A stretch of DNA of 63,656 nt, from positions 1-63,656 of IMG/VR virus record IMGVR_UViG_3300017771_003653. One strand, written 5' to 3'. Below are positions 55,881 through 63,656 of this stretch, piece by piece. Under the pieces are notes generated by a model. It worked only from the letters and a program-made list of their open reading frames with translations. It did no database searches and was not told the origin of the DNA. Position 1 is the first letter of the stretch. Each line of letters opens with the position of its first letter. The stretch comes from a virus. Lineage: Duplodnaviria > Caudoviricetes. Position numbers and translations under genes: made by a program.

Positions 55881-58517
55881 CTAAGCTCCTTTAGATCTGC
55901 CTATGTTGTTAACTGCTGCAGTAATTTCTTTATTTGTTCTTATAATTTCTGACATTTGTGCATTAGAGTTATTTACGAGTGCCTGTAATAATGCAACTTG
56001 TTTTGTTCCGGAGTCATTCATTCCTCTGTTACCAGCTAGTGCTGATAAAACGCCTGGATCTTTTACACCGACGACTGTATCTGCTGATGAAAATCTTTGT
56101 ATTCCTTGTCCTGGTCTCATTACAAAATCTTGTGATACAACTCCACTTGGTTTATCGCCTCCAAGACCAAAGAAATCAGCAAACTTTCCACCAAAATCCA
56201 TTGCGCTTGCTATTAGTTCTTTTGCCTGCTCAACAAGTGCATCAAATACGCTGGTTATTCCGTCGACCACAACTTGACCTAAATTTGAAAATGCAGAAGT
56301 TACCGAGGAATAAACATTTACTGCGCTATCTTTAAATGAATTTACACCATTCATCACTGCATTGCCTAGACCACTAAAGTAAGATGTCAGTGCAACCCCT
56401 AAATCTTCTAAACCTGTCATTCCTGCATTAAATGCTCCAGTTGCAAGGGCTCCAGCGCCTGATAACACGCTTCCAAATCCGCTTATTAATCCTGAAATTC
56501 CGTTTGATAGCATTTCGCCTACTTTTGGAAATACAGTGTCTACTAGCATTCCTACTATACTTCCGATTCCGTAGCCTATTGCTGCTCCGACTGGTCCACC
56601 AAAAATTGCGCCTATCCCTGCACCAATTCCTCCAAACCCTATACTAGTCAGCGCATTTTCTTTTGTATCTTTACCACCAAATGCAAATGACAGCATATCA
56701 ACTAAAGGTGCAAGAAACAATGATAACTTACTTAAAAATCCTAACATTGGCCTGAAAAATTTTGAGATGTTGGCCATTGTCTTTCCTAACATACTTCCTG
56801 ATCCGAGAAATTTCCCAATTCCGATTCTTTTTGCAATGCTTTTTGCCATTCCTTTTAATGGCGCTGTAAATTTTGCAATAGTTTTAGAAGAGGCTGTAAC
56901 TGCTCCGGCTATTGCACCTCCTGCTATACTAAATGCAGATCCTAATTTAGCGGGCGTCAATGCAAATAAGATGTCAAATAGTGTTTTATTTGATTGTTTT
57001 TGCAGCTTAAGGCCTATGTCTAAATCAGCAGCACCTTCACCACCCCTTCTAACCATAGCTGCAAGATCTTCGACTCCTACACCAATTGAATCTGCAAGCG
57101 CCTGTCTTTGTATTGCATTAAGTCTATTAAATTCTTCTTCACTTCCAAGCTGATCAACGATATCTTTCATTGCGCCTTCAATGTCATTGTTTAGTGCAAG
57201 ATTTCTTGCTCTATCAAAATTTAAATCGCGTCCAATAAGAACAGATGCTTCAAATTCACTTGCTATTGAAGATTCTAAGTTTAATAAGCTGTCAGCGATC
57301 TGCCCTGCTTTAGATAAGTTTATTCCTAATTTTTGTGCCTGTATTGCTGCCCTTGCCATGCCTTCTGCAGTCCCATCTGAAAACTTTGCTAACATTTCTG
57401 CATTGGTTGCCATATCTTCTAGTACTTGGCTTGGAATTACACCTGCCATTTCTGACATTGAAGCGAGTCCTAGCTGTAGCTGTGAAGCTTGCTCTGCTGT
57501 TGCACCTGCTGAGTTCTGAAATAATTGGTTTACAGTTGCAAGTGTTGATGCAGATGCACCTGTATCTTTTGAAATTTGTGCTAAGTTTACTGCTACTTGT
57601 CCGGATCTATTAGATGCCAAGCTTAAGTTGTTTGATGCAAGTCCTAATTGTGTGCTTGCCTCTGTTAGCTCATCATTTATTCCTAATATACTAAATGCTA
57701 GTGATTCTCTACTGAAGATTTGGCCTAATGCAGTTGCATTTGTAACCCCTAAATTATCTTGAAATTTTTGTGCTTCCTCTGCTGCATCTGCCATTTTTGA
57801 TGATATAAAAACAATTGCTGCGCCTAATGCCTCTGATAACGATGAAGATATGCCTAGTGCATCTTGGAAGTCTGATGCATATTCTGAAAATGATTTTCCT
57901 GCTGATGCAGTACCTTTCATTCCTTCAAATATATCTTTTGTCCTATCTCCGCCTTCTTTAAATGCGCCTTTAAATACATCATCTGCAGATTTTTCTATTT
58001 CTTTTATTTTGTCATTTAGTGCTTGAGCTTGATCATCTGATAAGTTCCTAAAGCCTGCGCCTGCTTCAATAACTTCTGTTTGCAAGTCAACTATTGTGTC
58101 TATTAATTCAGTTGCCTTATCTGCGCCTTTTTTTGAGCTACTTGAATATTCCTCTGCTAGTTTTGTAAGGCCTGTAAATCCTTTAGATCCTTTTAAAAAA
58201 AGTTCTTCTTCTTTTTCTGAAACACTTGATAATGCTGATGCTAGTTTCCTGTCTAATGATTGTGCGTAGTCTTCTGAAGCTTTCTTTGCTTTTTTTCCTG
58301 CTTTTGTTCTTTTATCAGCTGCTTTTGCAGCAGCTTTTCCTGCTTCTTCTGTAGCTTTTTTTAAATCTACAAATTCTCTTTTTTCTTCACCTGTAAGATC
58401 TATACCTTCTTGCTGATAACGGAGTAGTTTCGACTCCATTGCTGTCTGTTCTTTTAAGAGTTTTGTATATTCTCTTTTAAGTTGTACTGCTGTTTTAAGA
58501 TCTTTATTCTGAGCCAT
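55881..58517 (-). CDS. Tape measure protein
   Basis: 878 aa Ala/Gly-rich helical protein, GAIFGGPVGAAIG hydrophobic segment, position after tail chaperone. Confidence 0.8.
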   Translation of the reverse strand: MAQNKDLKTAVQLKREYTKLLKEQTAMESKLLRYQQEGIDLTGEEKREFVDLKKATEEAGKAAAKAADKRTKAGKKAKKASEDYAQSLDRKLASALSSVSEKEEELFLKGSKGFTGLTKLAEEYSSSSKKGADKATELIDTIVDLQTEVIEAGAGFRNLSDDQAQALNDKIKEIEKSADDVFKGAFKEGGDRTKDIFEGMKGTASAGKSFSEYASDFQDALGISSSLSEALGAAIVFISSKMADAAEEAQKFQDNLGVTNATALGQIFSRESLAFSILGINDELTEASTQLGLASNNLSLASNRSGQVAVNLAQISKDTGASASTLATVNQLFQNSAGATAEQASQLQLGLASMSEMAGVIPSQVLEDMATNAEMLAKFSDGTAEGMARAAIQAQKLGINLSKAGQIADSLLNLESSIASEFEASVLIGRDLNFDRARNLALNNDIEGAMKDIVDQLGSEEEFNRLNAIQRQALADSIGVGVEDLAAMVRRGGEGAADLDIGLKLQKQSNKTLFDILFALTPAKLGSAFSIAGGAIAGAVTASSKTIAKFTAPLKGMAKSIAKRIGIGKFLGSGSMLGKTMANISKFFRPMLGFLSKLSLFLAPLVDMLSFAFGGKDTKENALTSIGFGGIGAGIGAIFGGPVGAAIGYGIGSIVGMLVDTVFPKVGEMLSNGISGLISGFGSVLSGAGALATGAFNAGMTGLEDLGVALTSYFSGLGNAVMNGVNSFKDSAVNVYSSVTSAFSNLGQVVVDGITSVFDALVEQAKELIASAMDFGGKFADFFGLGGDKPSGVVSQDFVMRPGQGIQRFSSADTVVGVKDPGVLSALAGNRGMNDSGTKQVALLQALVNNSNAQMSEIIRTNKEITAAVNNIGRSKGA

Positions 58518-58529
58518 TTAAAAATCCGA

Positions 58530-58820
58530 TTAAGACTTTGACTTTCTCATCTTAGCTGTCATCTGCTTGAGATTGTCTGACCTTCTTTCTATATCAGCTC
58601 TTTTTTCTGGATCCATTTTGTTAAGCCTTCTTTCAATAGACTTTTCAACTTTGTCCATTGCTTTACCTAAGTCTCGTATTGCTGCATCTGACGCAGCATC
58701 TTTGTCTTTAAAACCTAGTGCTTTTTTTATTTTATCTGAATTGGACAAGACAGCTCTTGTTCCAATATAAGCTGCAATAGTTTTTGCAAGGTTGGATATT
58801 TCATTTATCTCTTTGGACAT
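58530..58820 (-). CDS. Hypothetical helical protein
   Basis: 96 aa, GGAGG RBS, ATATTTAT motif upstream. Confidence 0.6.
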   Translation of the reverse strand: MSKEINEISNLAKTIAAYIGTRAVLSNSDKIKKALGFKDKDAASDAAIRDLGKAMDKVEKSIERRLNKMDPEKRADIERRSDNLKQMTAKMRKSKS

Positions 58821-58876
58821 AGTAGCCTCCAGTTAATACTTTCTTAATGATAAATATTAGAAAAATAGCTTTTGTG

Positions 58877-59092
58877 CTACTTCTTTCTAGATCTAGATGC
58901 TTTATCTATCTTTTCTTGCTCTTTCTTTTTTTGTTCAGCTAACTTGTTCATGTAGAATTTACGAAGATAGATAGGCATACCATATACATCACTAAATGTA
59001 AATCCTCCCTCTGAAAAGTATATAAGCTGAAATATGCCCTCGTGTACTATGGGCCGGTATTCAGGGGTTACCGGGAGGGCCAGAAGAAATTT
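58877..59092 (-). CDS. -1 frame extension of tail chaperone (gp51/GT-like)
   Basis: 72-codon open frame (..PEYRPIVHEGIFQLIYFSEGGFTFSDVYGMPIYLRKFY..) with no 5' start of its own; entered at heptamer A AAT TTC. Confidence 0.7.
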   Translation of the reverse strand, partial: KFLLALPVTPEYRPIVHEGIFQLIYFSEGGFTFSDVYGMPIYLRKFYMNKLAEQKKKEQEKIDKASRSRKK

Positions 59093-59832
59093 ACTGATAT
59101 TGGCAAATCAACATCTGAATTTTCACCGCAAGAAGGGCAAGAAAAGACTGTACTGAAGTCTATGTCTGGCTGTGATTCTGAATAGTGTTCTCTATAAGCT
59201 CTAGAATCCATAGCAAAGAACTCATTGTTAATAAAGTTATTAATAAACTCTTTGTCTTCATTTCCATCAACAGAAACTATTTGTTTCCTTAGCCTTGTAG
59301 TAACTTCTTGAGTTCTACCACCCATTGCTTTCTTCATTCTATCAACTTCTATAGCAGCATCTTGCTCATCTTTATGTGTCATAAATTTATATTCTATGAC
59401 TCTACCAGAATTAGGTAGTTTAAATTCAAACTTATTTTCACCTTTAAACTGGTTTTCATCTATAGGTTTGTGTTCAAAAAGTGTCAAATCATATTCGCAC
59501 TCTTTCTCTACTGCACCGCAATGAGTACATGTTGTATCTGTAGCATATGTTTTTCCATATCCTAGTATTCTAGCTGCCAACATTATTGCATTTTTATCAC
59601 CTATTAATAATTCATCTAGGCTTACTTTTGAAATTATTAAAGATTTCAAAAGCTGATCAATAACAACGCCTTTCTTAATAAGGTTTTGAGAAGTCAGTAT
59701 GTCTTCTTCTCTTGCTGTCATGTATTTTATTTCTATCGATCCTTCAGACAATGCATGTCCTTTAGGATATAAAAGTCCCTTGCTAGGCAGATCCACTGCC
59801 TCAGTCGGGAACTTAGGTTGTTCTTTAGGCAT
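59068..59832 (-). CDS. Tail assembly chaperone / T4 gp26-like baseplate hub assembly protein
   Basis: VDLPSKG, KYMTAREEDIL, GDKNAI..ARI..YG, two CxxC pairs, C-terminal FFWP. Confidence 0.8.
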   Translation of the reverse strand: MPKEQPKFPTEAVDLPSKGLLYPKGHALSEGSIEIKYMTAREEDILTSQNLIKKGVVIDQLLKSLIISKVSLDELLIGDKNAIMLAARILGYGKTYATDTTCTHCGAVEKECEYDLTLFEHKPIDENQFKGENKFEFKLPNSGRVIEYKFMTHKDEQDAAIEVDRMKKAMGGRTQEVTTRLRKQIVSVDGNEDKEFINNFINNEFFAMDSRAYREHYSESQPDIDFSTVFSCPSCGENSDVDLPISVNFFWPSR

Positions 59833-59924
59833 TATAACTCCTTTTTCTATTTTTTAACTACAACTATTTATCGACCATCAACACAGAATGCCACATTCAT
59901 AAACTGATGTTTGATATAGTACTC

Positions 59925-60413
59925 TTAGAACTGTAATACTGCGTAATCGTATCTAAGTGTGCAAGTGATTTCTACTGGATCACTTGTACCCCAATCTAAA
60001 TCTCCAAAAGAAGCAGACTGGATATAAGCACCAACAAGTTGCCATTCTTCAATGACGTCACCTACTGGTCCTAGTAAATTAAAAGTAACGTTTTTCTTAT
60101 AAAAATCTGAGTATCCATCACGGCCTGTTACTGACTCGTGAGATAAACGAACCCATTCCATAACAGCCTGTGAAGCTGAAGGAACGATTGGATCGTACAT
60201 TGTTATATCAAGTGTTTGCCATTCCCCTTTACCCTTAACATAGCGCTTTACGTTTATGTGATCAAGTGCAACTTCTTCAAACTCGATACTTGGACGACTG
60301 GCAGCCTTGATAGTGTAAGCAGGAATGCCTTCTATATACATGATGAACCGGTTCTGAACTTTCGGTTCGAATTGTGTGAACATTATATCGTTCGGATCAA
60401 TCAATTGTGGCAT
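59925..60413 (-). CDS. Tail tube protein (T4 gp19-like)
   Basis: EPKVQNRF, RP, KGKGEW, YDPI, EWV, GPVGD.IEEW.L.GA, LRYDYA; follows the sheath gene. Confidence 0.88.
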   Translation of the reverse strand: MPQLIDPNDIMFTQFEPKVQNRFIMYIEGIPAYTIKAASRPSIEFEEVALDHINVKRYVKGKGEWQTLDITMYDPIVPSASQAVMEWVRLSHESVTGRDGYSDFYKKNVTFNLLGPVGDVIEEWQLVGAYIQSASFGDLDWGTSDPVEITCTLRYDYAVLQF

Positions 60414-60445
60414 TCTATTTCTCCTGTGTTACAATTTTATCGATA

Positions 60446-60453
60446 ATAAATAT
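60446..60453 (-). promoter_or_regulatory. Putative late promoter (class C) for tail tube
   Basis: ATATTTAT lying between the sheath terminator and the tube RBS. Confidence 0.55.
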
Positions 60454-60481
60454 CATTAAACAAAGAAATAAGCACAAAAAC

Positions 60482-60512
60482 AAAAAAGCCCGAAGTATTA
60501 TTTCGGGCCTTT
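60482..60512 (-). terminator. Rho-independent terminator after sheath gene
   Basis: GCCCGAA/TTCGGGC stem followed by TTTTTT on the minus strand. Confidence 0.8.
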
Positions 60513-60530
60513 AAGTTAATTAGGTGTCTC

Positions 60531-62894
60531 TTAGCTTGGGAAGCTAGCACCTGTAGGTTGTACGACAAAGTCCAATACAATGAATTCAACTGAACGTGCA
60601 GGTTGTAGGAATATCTGTCCTACTAGCTGGTTACGATCAATCACATATGGTGTATTATTAGTGTCATCCATAACAACTCTGAAAGCTGTCAGACCTTGAT
60701 TAGACTGTATAGATTCTAAATAAGGATTGACGATGTTCAGAAACCTGTTCCTAGTAGCAACTGTATTGTTTTCAAACAATAAGTAGCGTGAAGAACTTGC
60801 AACGAACTTCTTAACCCTGATAAGTAATCTTCTTACATTGATTCTATCAAGTGCTGAAGGTTTAGCTTGTAATGTTTTCTGTCCGAAAACTACTACACCT
60901 TGACCTGGGAATGAAGCAATAGGATTAATCCTGTCTTCATATAACAAGTCTCTTTCAGCGTGTGTTAAACGTGTCTTAGCTTCTAAAACGTTAGATAAGC
61001 CACCACGATTTAGACCTGCTGGTGCAAACCATTCGTGTGCTACTCTATCGTTCTGTGCTATAACACCTGGAATCACAACTGAAGGTGGTACCCAAGTTGG
61101 TAGATTAACGCTATCATCAAGTACCTTGACCCAAGGATAATAAGCAGCTGCATAGTTTGTATCTACAGAAGATACTGCGCTAGTTGCTGCTGATATTCCA
61201 TCACCCCATGCTGCAGGATCAAAAATATAGAAAGCATCGCCTCTATTTTTTACCATATCCATTGCATGATTGGTTGGGTTAGGGTGCAAGTTGTAAATTA
61301 AACCAGGAGTAGCTAACAAGTTAATGTCAAATTCATCCTGATTACTTACTGCATTAATTGCCCTCTTATAAGCAACAGACCCACTAGCAGAAGCGTTTGA
61401 GCAATCAAGACCTTGTTGGTTTGTTGCGCTTATGTCGCCTGCTGTGTTCTTCTTAATAGCAGGATTGGCACCGTCGAATCCACCTTGTAATGGAACTACG
61501 AATTTGTGCTGTGCTACGTTTGAAGTGCCTAATGCTAAATTACCAGCGCTAGTTACGAATGTTGAAGATCCACCAAAGTCTCCTGACGAAGCTGATGGGT
61601 GACCTTTAAAATCGTTAAGACTCATTGTCACGTTGTTACCTGCTACTGCTCCTACTGGAAGCGGTGATAGGTATTCTCTATTGATCTTCTTTGAGAAGTC
61701 AAAACCGTGAAATGATGAGAAGTCTTTTTCACCTGTCGCTGCATTTTGTTGTACTGTTACATAAGATGCAGATGCAACTGGTGATGCACCAAAAACGCCT
61801 ATTGTTGCATTTGGTACTGGTTGTAAGACTTTTCCATGTCCGAAAGGAACTAATGCTGCAGGTGCACCATTTTTGATAATATCATAATTCGATACGTAAA
61901 TATACTTAGACATATTTGGCCAGTCACCGTTGTAGGTTAACTTACCATCTGAATCTATAGTAACATATCTATCACCAATCTTTCTAGCAAAATAATTTGC
62001 TGAAGTTGGATCTAAATTAAGGTTATCAAACTGCTCTACAATAACATCATCAGATTCTTTAAAAGAGCTCTGGTCTATTTCTCTAACTTGTAAAGAAAAT
62101 GATCCAAAGTCTGATCCTGCTATTGACCCTGCTTGTTTTACATTTGCTATAGCTATTTTAAACTTACCGTGTGTATCAACTTCACCGTGTGATCTTAATT
62201 CTACTTTAAAAAGATTTGTAGCTGAATTATTGATCTTTTGTGATGTGATAAACGGTGTTACAGCATTCTGGTAGTCTTGCTTTAAATTAACAGCACCTAG
62301 TGATCCTGTTACATTTATTGTTCCTGCCATTGCTGTTACTGGTTGAAATAACTTGTATAGGTAAAATGGTGAGTCCTGACCCTGTGCCTTTGTTGACATT
62401 GGGTTAGAACTAAAAACATCCTCTATATAAGTTGCCGACGTAGCGTCTAGTGATGCTGTAAATTGGTATGATCCCGTTCCAATATTAAACGAACTAACAG
62501 ATCCTGTAATACTCGTTCCATTTAAAATCGCATCTGGATTTAAATTACTAGGAGCTAATACAGCAACTACATGTGGTTCAATTGAAGATGAAACAAGGGC
62601 ACCAATGTTTAGCATATTGGCAGAATATCCACCAATACCTAAGACTCTAACAATCGTAACAGAGCCAGCGCTTCTTAAGTACTCACGTACTGTAAATGGA
62701 ACGTATAAATCTTGATCAAGACCTCCAAACATATCCGCGAATTCGTTGAAATTTCGTACAATTGTAGGAACAAAAGCAGGACCTTTTTTAGTAGGTCCAA
62801 CGATTGCTGCGCCAATTTCAGCTATTCCTTGCGGTAAGAAGGAGAGATCTTTTTCACGAGTAAATACGCCTGGTGAGACAATTCTCTCTGCCAT
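60531..62894 (-). CDS. Contractile tail sheath protein
   Basis: SPGVFTREKD, GPTKKGP, YYPWV, WFAPAGLNRG, RINPI, FGQKTLQ, DRINVRRL. Confidence 0.93.
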   Translation of the reverse strand: MAERIVSPGVFTREKDLSFLPQGIAEIGAAIVGPTKKGPAFVPTIVRNFNEFADMFGGLDQDLYVPFTVREYLRSAGSVTIVRVLGIGGYSANMLNIGALVSSSIEPHVVAVLAPSNLNPDAILNGTSITGSVSSFNIGTGSYQFTASLDATSATYIEDVFSSNPMSTKAQGQDSPFYLYKLFQPVTAMAGTINVTGSLGAVNLKQDYQNAVTPFITSQKINNSATNLFKVELRSHGEVDTHGKFKIAIANVKQAGSIAGSDFGSFSLQVREIDQSSFKESDDVIVEQFDNLNLDPTSANYFARKIGDRYVTIDSDGKLTYNGDWPNMSKYIYVSNYDIIKNGAPAALVPFGHGKVLQPVPNATIGVFGASPVASASYVTVQQNAATGEKDFSSFHGFDFSKKINREYLSPLPVGAVAGNNVTMSLNDFKGHPSASSGDFGGSSTFVTSAGNLALGTSNVAQHKFVVPLQGGFDGANPAIKKNTAGDISATNQQGLDCSNASASGSVAYKRAINAVSNQDEFDINLLATPGLIYNLHPNPTNHAMDMVKNRGDAFYIFDPAAWGDGISAATSAVSSVDTNYAAAYYPWVKVLDDSVNLPTWVPPSVVIPGVIAQNDRVAHEWFAPAGLNRGGLSNVLEAKTRLTHAERDLLYEDRINPIASFPGQGVVVFGQKTLQAKPSALDRINVRRLLIRVKKFVASSSRYLLFENNTVATRNRFLNIVNPYLESIQSNQGLTAFRVVMDDTNNTPYVIDRNQLVGQIFLQPARSVEFIVLDFVVQPTGASFPS

Positions 62895-62944
62895 TATGGT
62901 TCTCCGATTATTTTGTGTTCATGAACAAAAACTTTTATTCAGGA

Positions 62945-62952
62945 ATAAATAT
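62945..62952 (-). promoter_or_regulatory. Putative late promoter (class C) for sheath
   Basis: ATATTTAT about 50 nt upstream of the sheath start. Confidence 0.5.
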
Positions 62953-62981
62953 ACATTAAACCATTGAAAATGCAGTTGTTT

Positions 62982-63320
62982 TTATTTTGCTGGCTTTGGT
63001 GCTTCTTCAGCTGCTGGTTTTTCTGGAGCAGGTGTAAATATACCTGTCTTTGGATCTAGTTGACCTTGACCATACTTCTCATTAAAAGATTGTGCTAGCT
63101 GTTGTTCTGAATCTTGAAGGCTACTTAGCTCATCTAATAGTGATTCTTCTAAAGACTCAAGTTGTTCAGCTGATTTTTCATGCTGAATCTGTTGCATCTT
63201 TAAATTACCCATTCTCATCTGTATATTTTGATAAGCTTCTTGAGTTTCTCTTAGACTTTTAAGTTCATCTTCTGTAAATTTTATTTCAGACATTTTGTTT
63301 TCCTCATAATTAATTTTCAT
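62982..63320 (-). CDS. Small coiled-coil protein (probable start MSEIKF at 63293)
   Basis: Glu/Gln-rich helix followed by KYGQGQLDPKTGIF. Confidence 0.6.
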   Translation of the reverse strand: MKINYEENKMSEIKFTEDELKSLRETQEAYQNIQMRMGNLKMQQIQHEKSAEQLESLEESLLDELSSLQDSEQQLAQSFNEKYGQGQLDPKTGIFTPAPEKPAAEEAPKPAK

Positions 63321-63326
63321 AACCAG

Positions 63327-63361
63327 TTATATATATTATCTTAAATTTTCAAAATTAAATT
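63327..63361 (-). promoter_or_regulatory. Putative middle promoter (class B)
   Basis: AATTTAATTTT-N14-ATATATATAA. Confidence 0.5.
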
Positions 63362-63362
63362 T

Positions 63363-63656
63363 TTATTCATTATCATTAAAAATAGAATCTTCAGACCACC
63401 AGTCGCTACTGCTGGAAAAGATACTTAATATTTCTGATTGTGTGTATTCTTTAGACTTTGTTGTTAAATTACTTACTGAACTTGGCATACTTCCTTCATA
63501 TTTTACGTATGTATAAGAACCTGAGACATTGGTGTTGAATTCTTGTGCTGAAGAAGTTACTTCTCTATACCCAGGAAATTTGTGTAGTGCAATAACCTGT
63601 GTAACATCTAGGCTGCCTGTCTCTGCTGTACTAAAAATTACCCATTTATGATTCGT
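63363..63656 (-). CDS. Hypothetical protein, 5' end outside window
   Basis: Open frame to the window edge (..YVKYEGSMPSSV..KSKEYTQSEIL..W); absent from ORF track. Confidence 0.6.
   Translation of the reverse strand, partial: TNHKWVIFSTAETGSLDVTQVIALHKFPGYREVTSSAQEFNTNVSGSYTYVKYEGSMPSSVSNLTTKSKEYTQSEILSIFSSSSDWWSEDSIFNDNE

Noticed and set aside
71-62967. All plus-strand ORFs in the track, and nested minus-strand ORFs 5739..5942 and 43649..43855
   Set aside because: Shadows of well-supported minus-strand genes; no motifs or RBS
1-63656. Stop-codon reassignment (alternative genetic code)
   Set aside because: Genes are full length under code 11, TAA/TAG/TGA all end genes at tight junctions, and there is no suppressor tRNA
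1-63656. CRISPR array, diversity-generating retroelement, integrase or IS element
   Set aside because: No regularly spaced repeats, reverse transcriptase, recombinase or transposase recognised; the Cas4-like nuclease is a solo phage type

Overview
A 63.7 kb AT-rich segment of a large lytic myovirus (T4-like/jumbo-type organisation). Every credible gene is on the minus strand, in the standard genetic code. Order of transcription, right to left: (1) contractile-tail module with sheath, tube, a tail chaperone carrying a -1 frameshift signal, tape measure, baseplate proteins and a LysM/gp53-like protein; (2) replication/recombination block with a compact family A polymerase, putative capsid-internal proteins, gp32-like SSB, RecA/UvsX, 5'-3' exonuclease and DnaB-like helicase; (3) B12-dependent class II RNR, a TonB-dependent receptor and three tRNAs; (4) an unusual nucleotide-metabolism cluster around a DnaE polymerase; (5) a ~20 kb nucleotide-sugar/glycosyltransferase island; (6) a type IV pilin-like gene cut by the left edge. 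The best candidate for an undescribed system is cluster (4): N-deoxyribosyltransferase, HD nucleotidase, ThyX-like protein with Cys in place of the motif Ser, SDR epimerase, DnaE, a dNMP kinase fused to a dCMP-type thymidylate-synthase-like domain, all-alpha NTP-PPase, dCMP deaminase and DUF1599. Together these suggest a pre-replicative pyrimidine modification pathway. Non-coding candidates read directly from the sequence: a 60-nt ACCA-ended hairpin inside the tRNA array, an H-type pseudoknot upstream of the TonB receptor, a structured element upstream of the SSB gene and three recurrent promoter-like motifs. All product calls come from motif recognition by eye; no database search was run.
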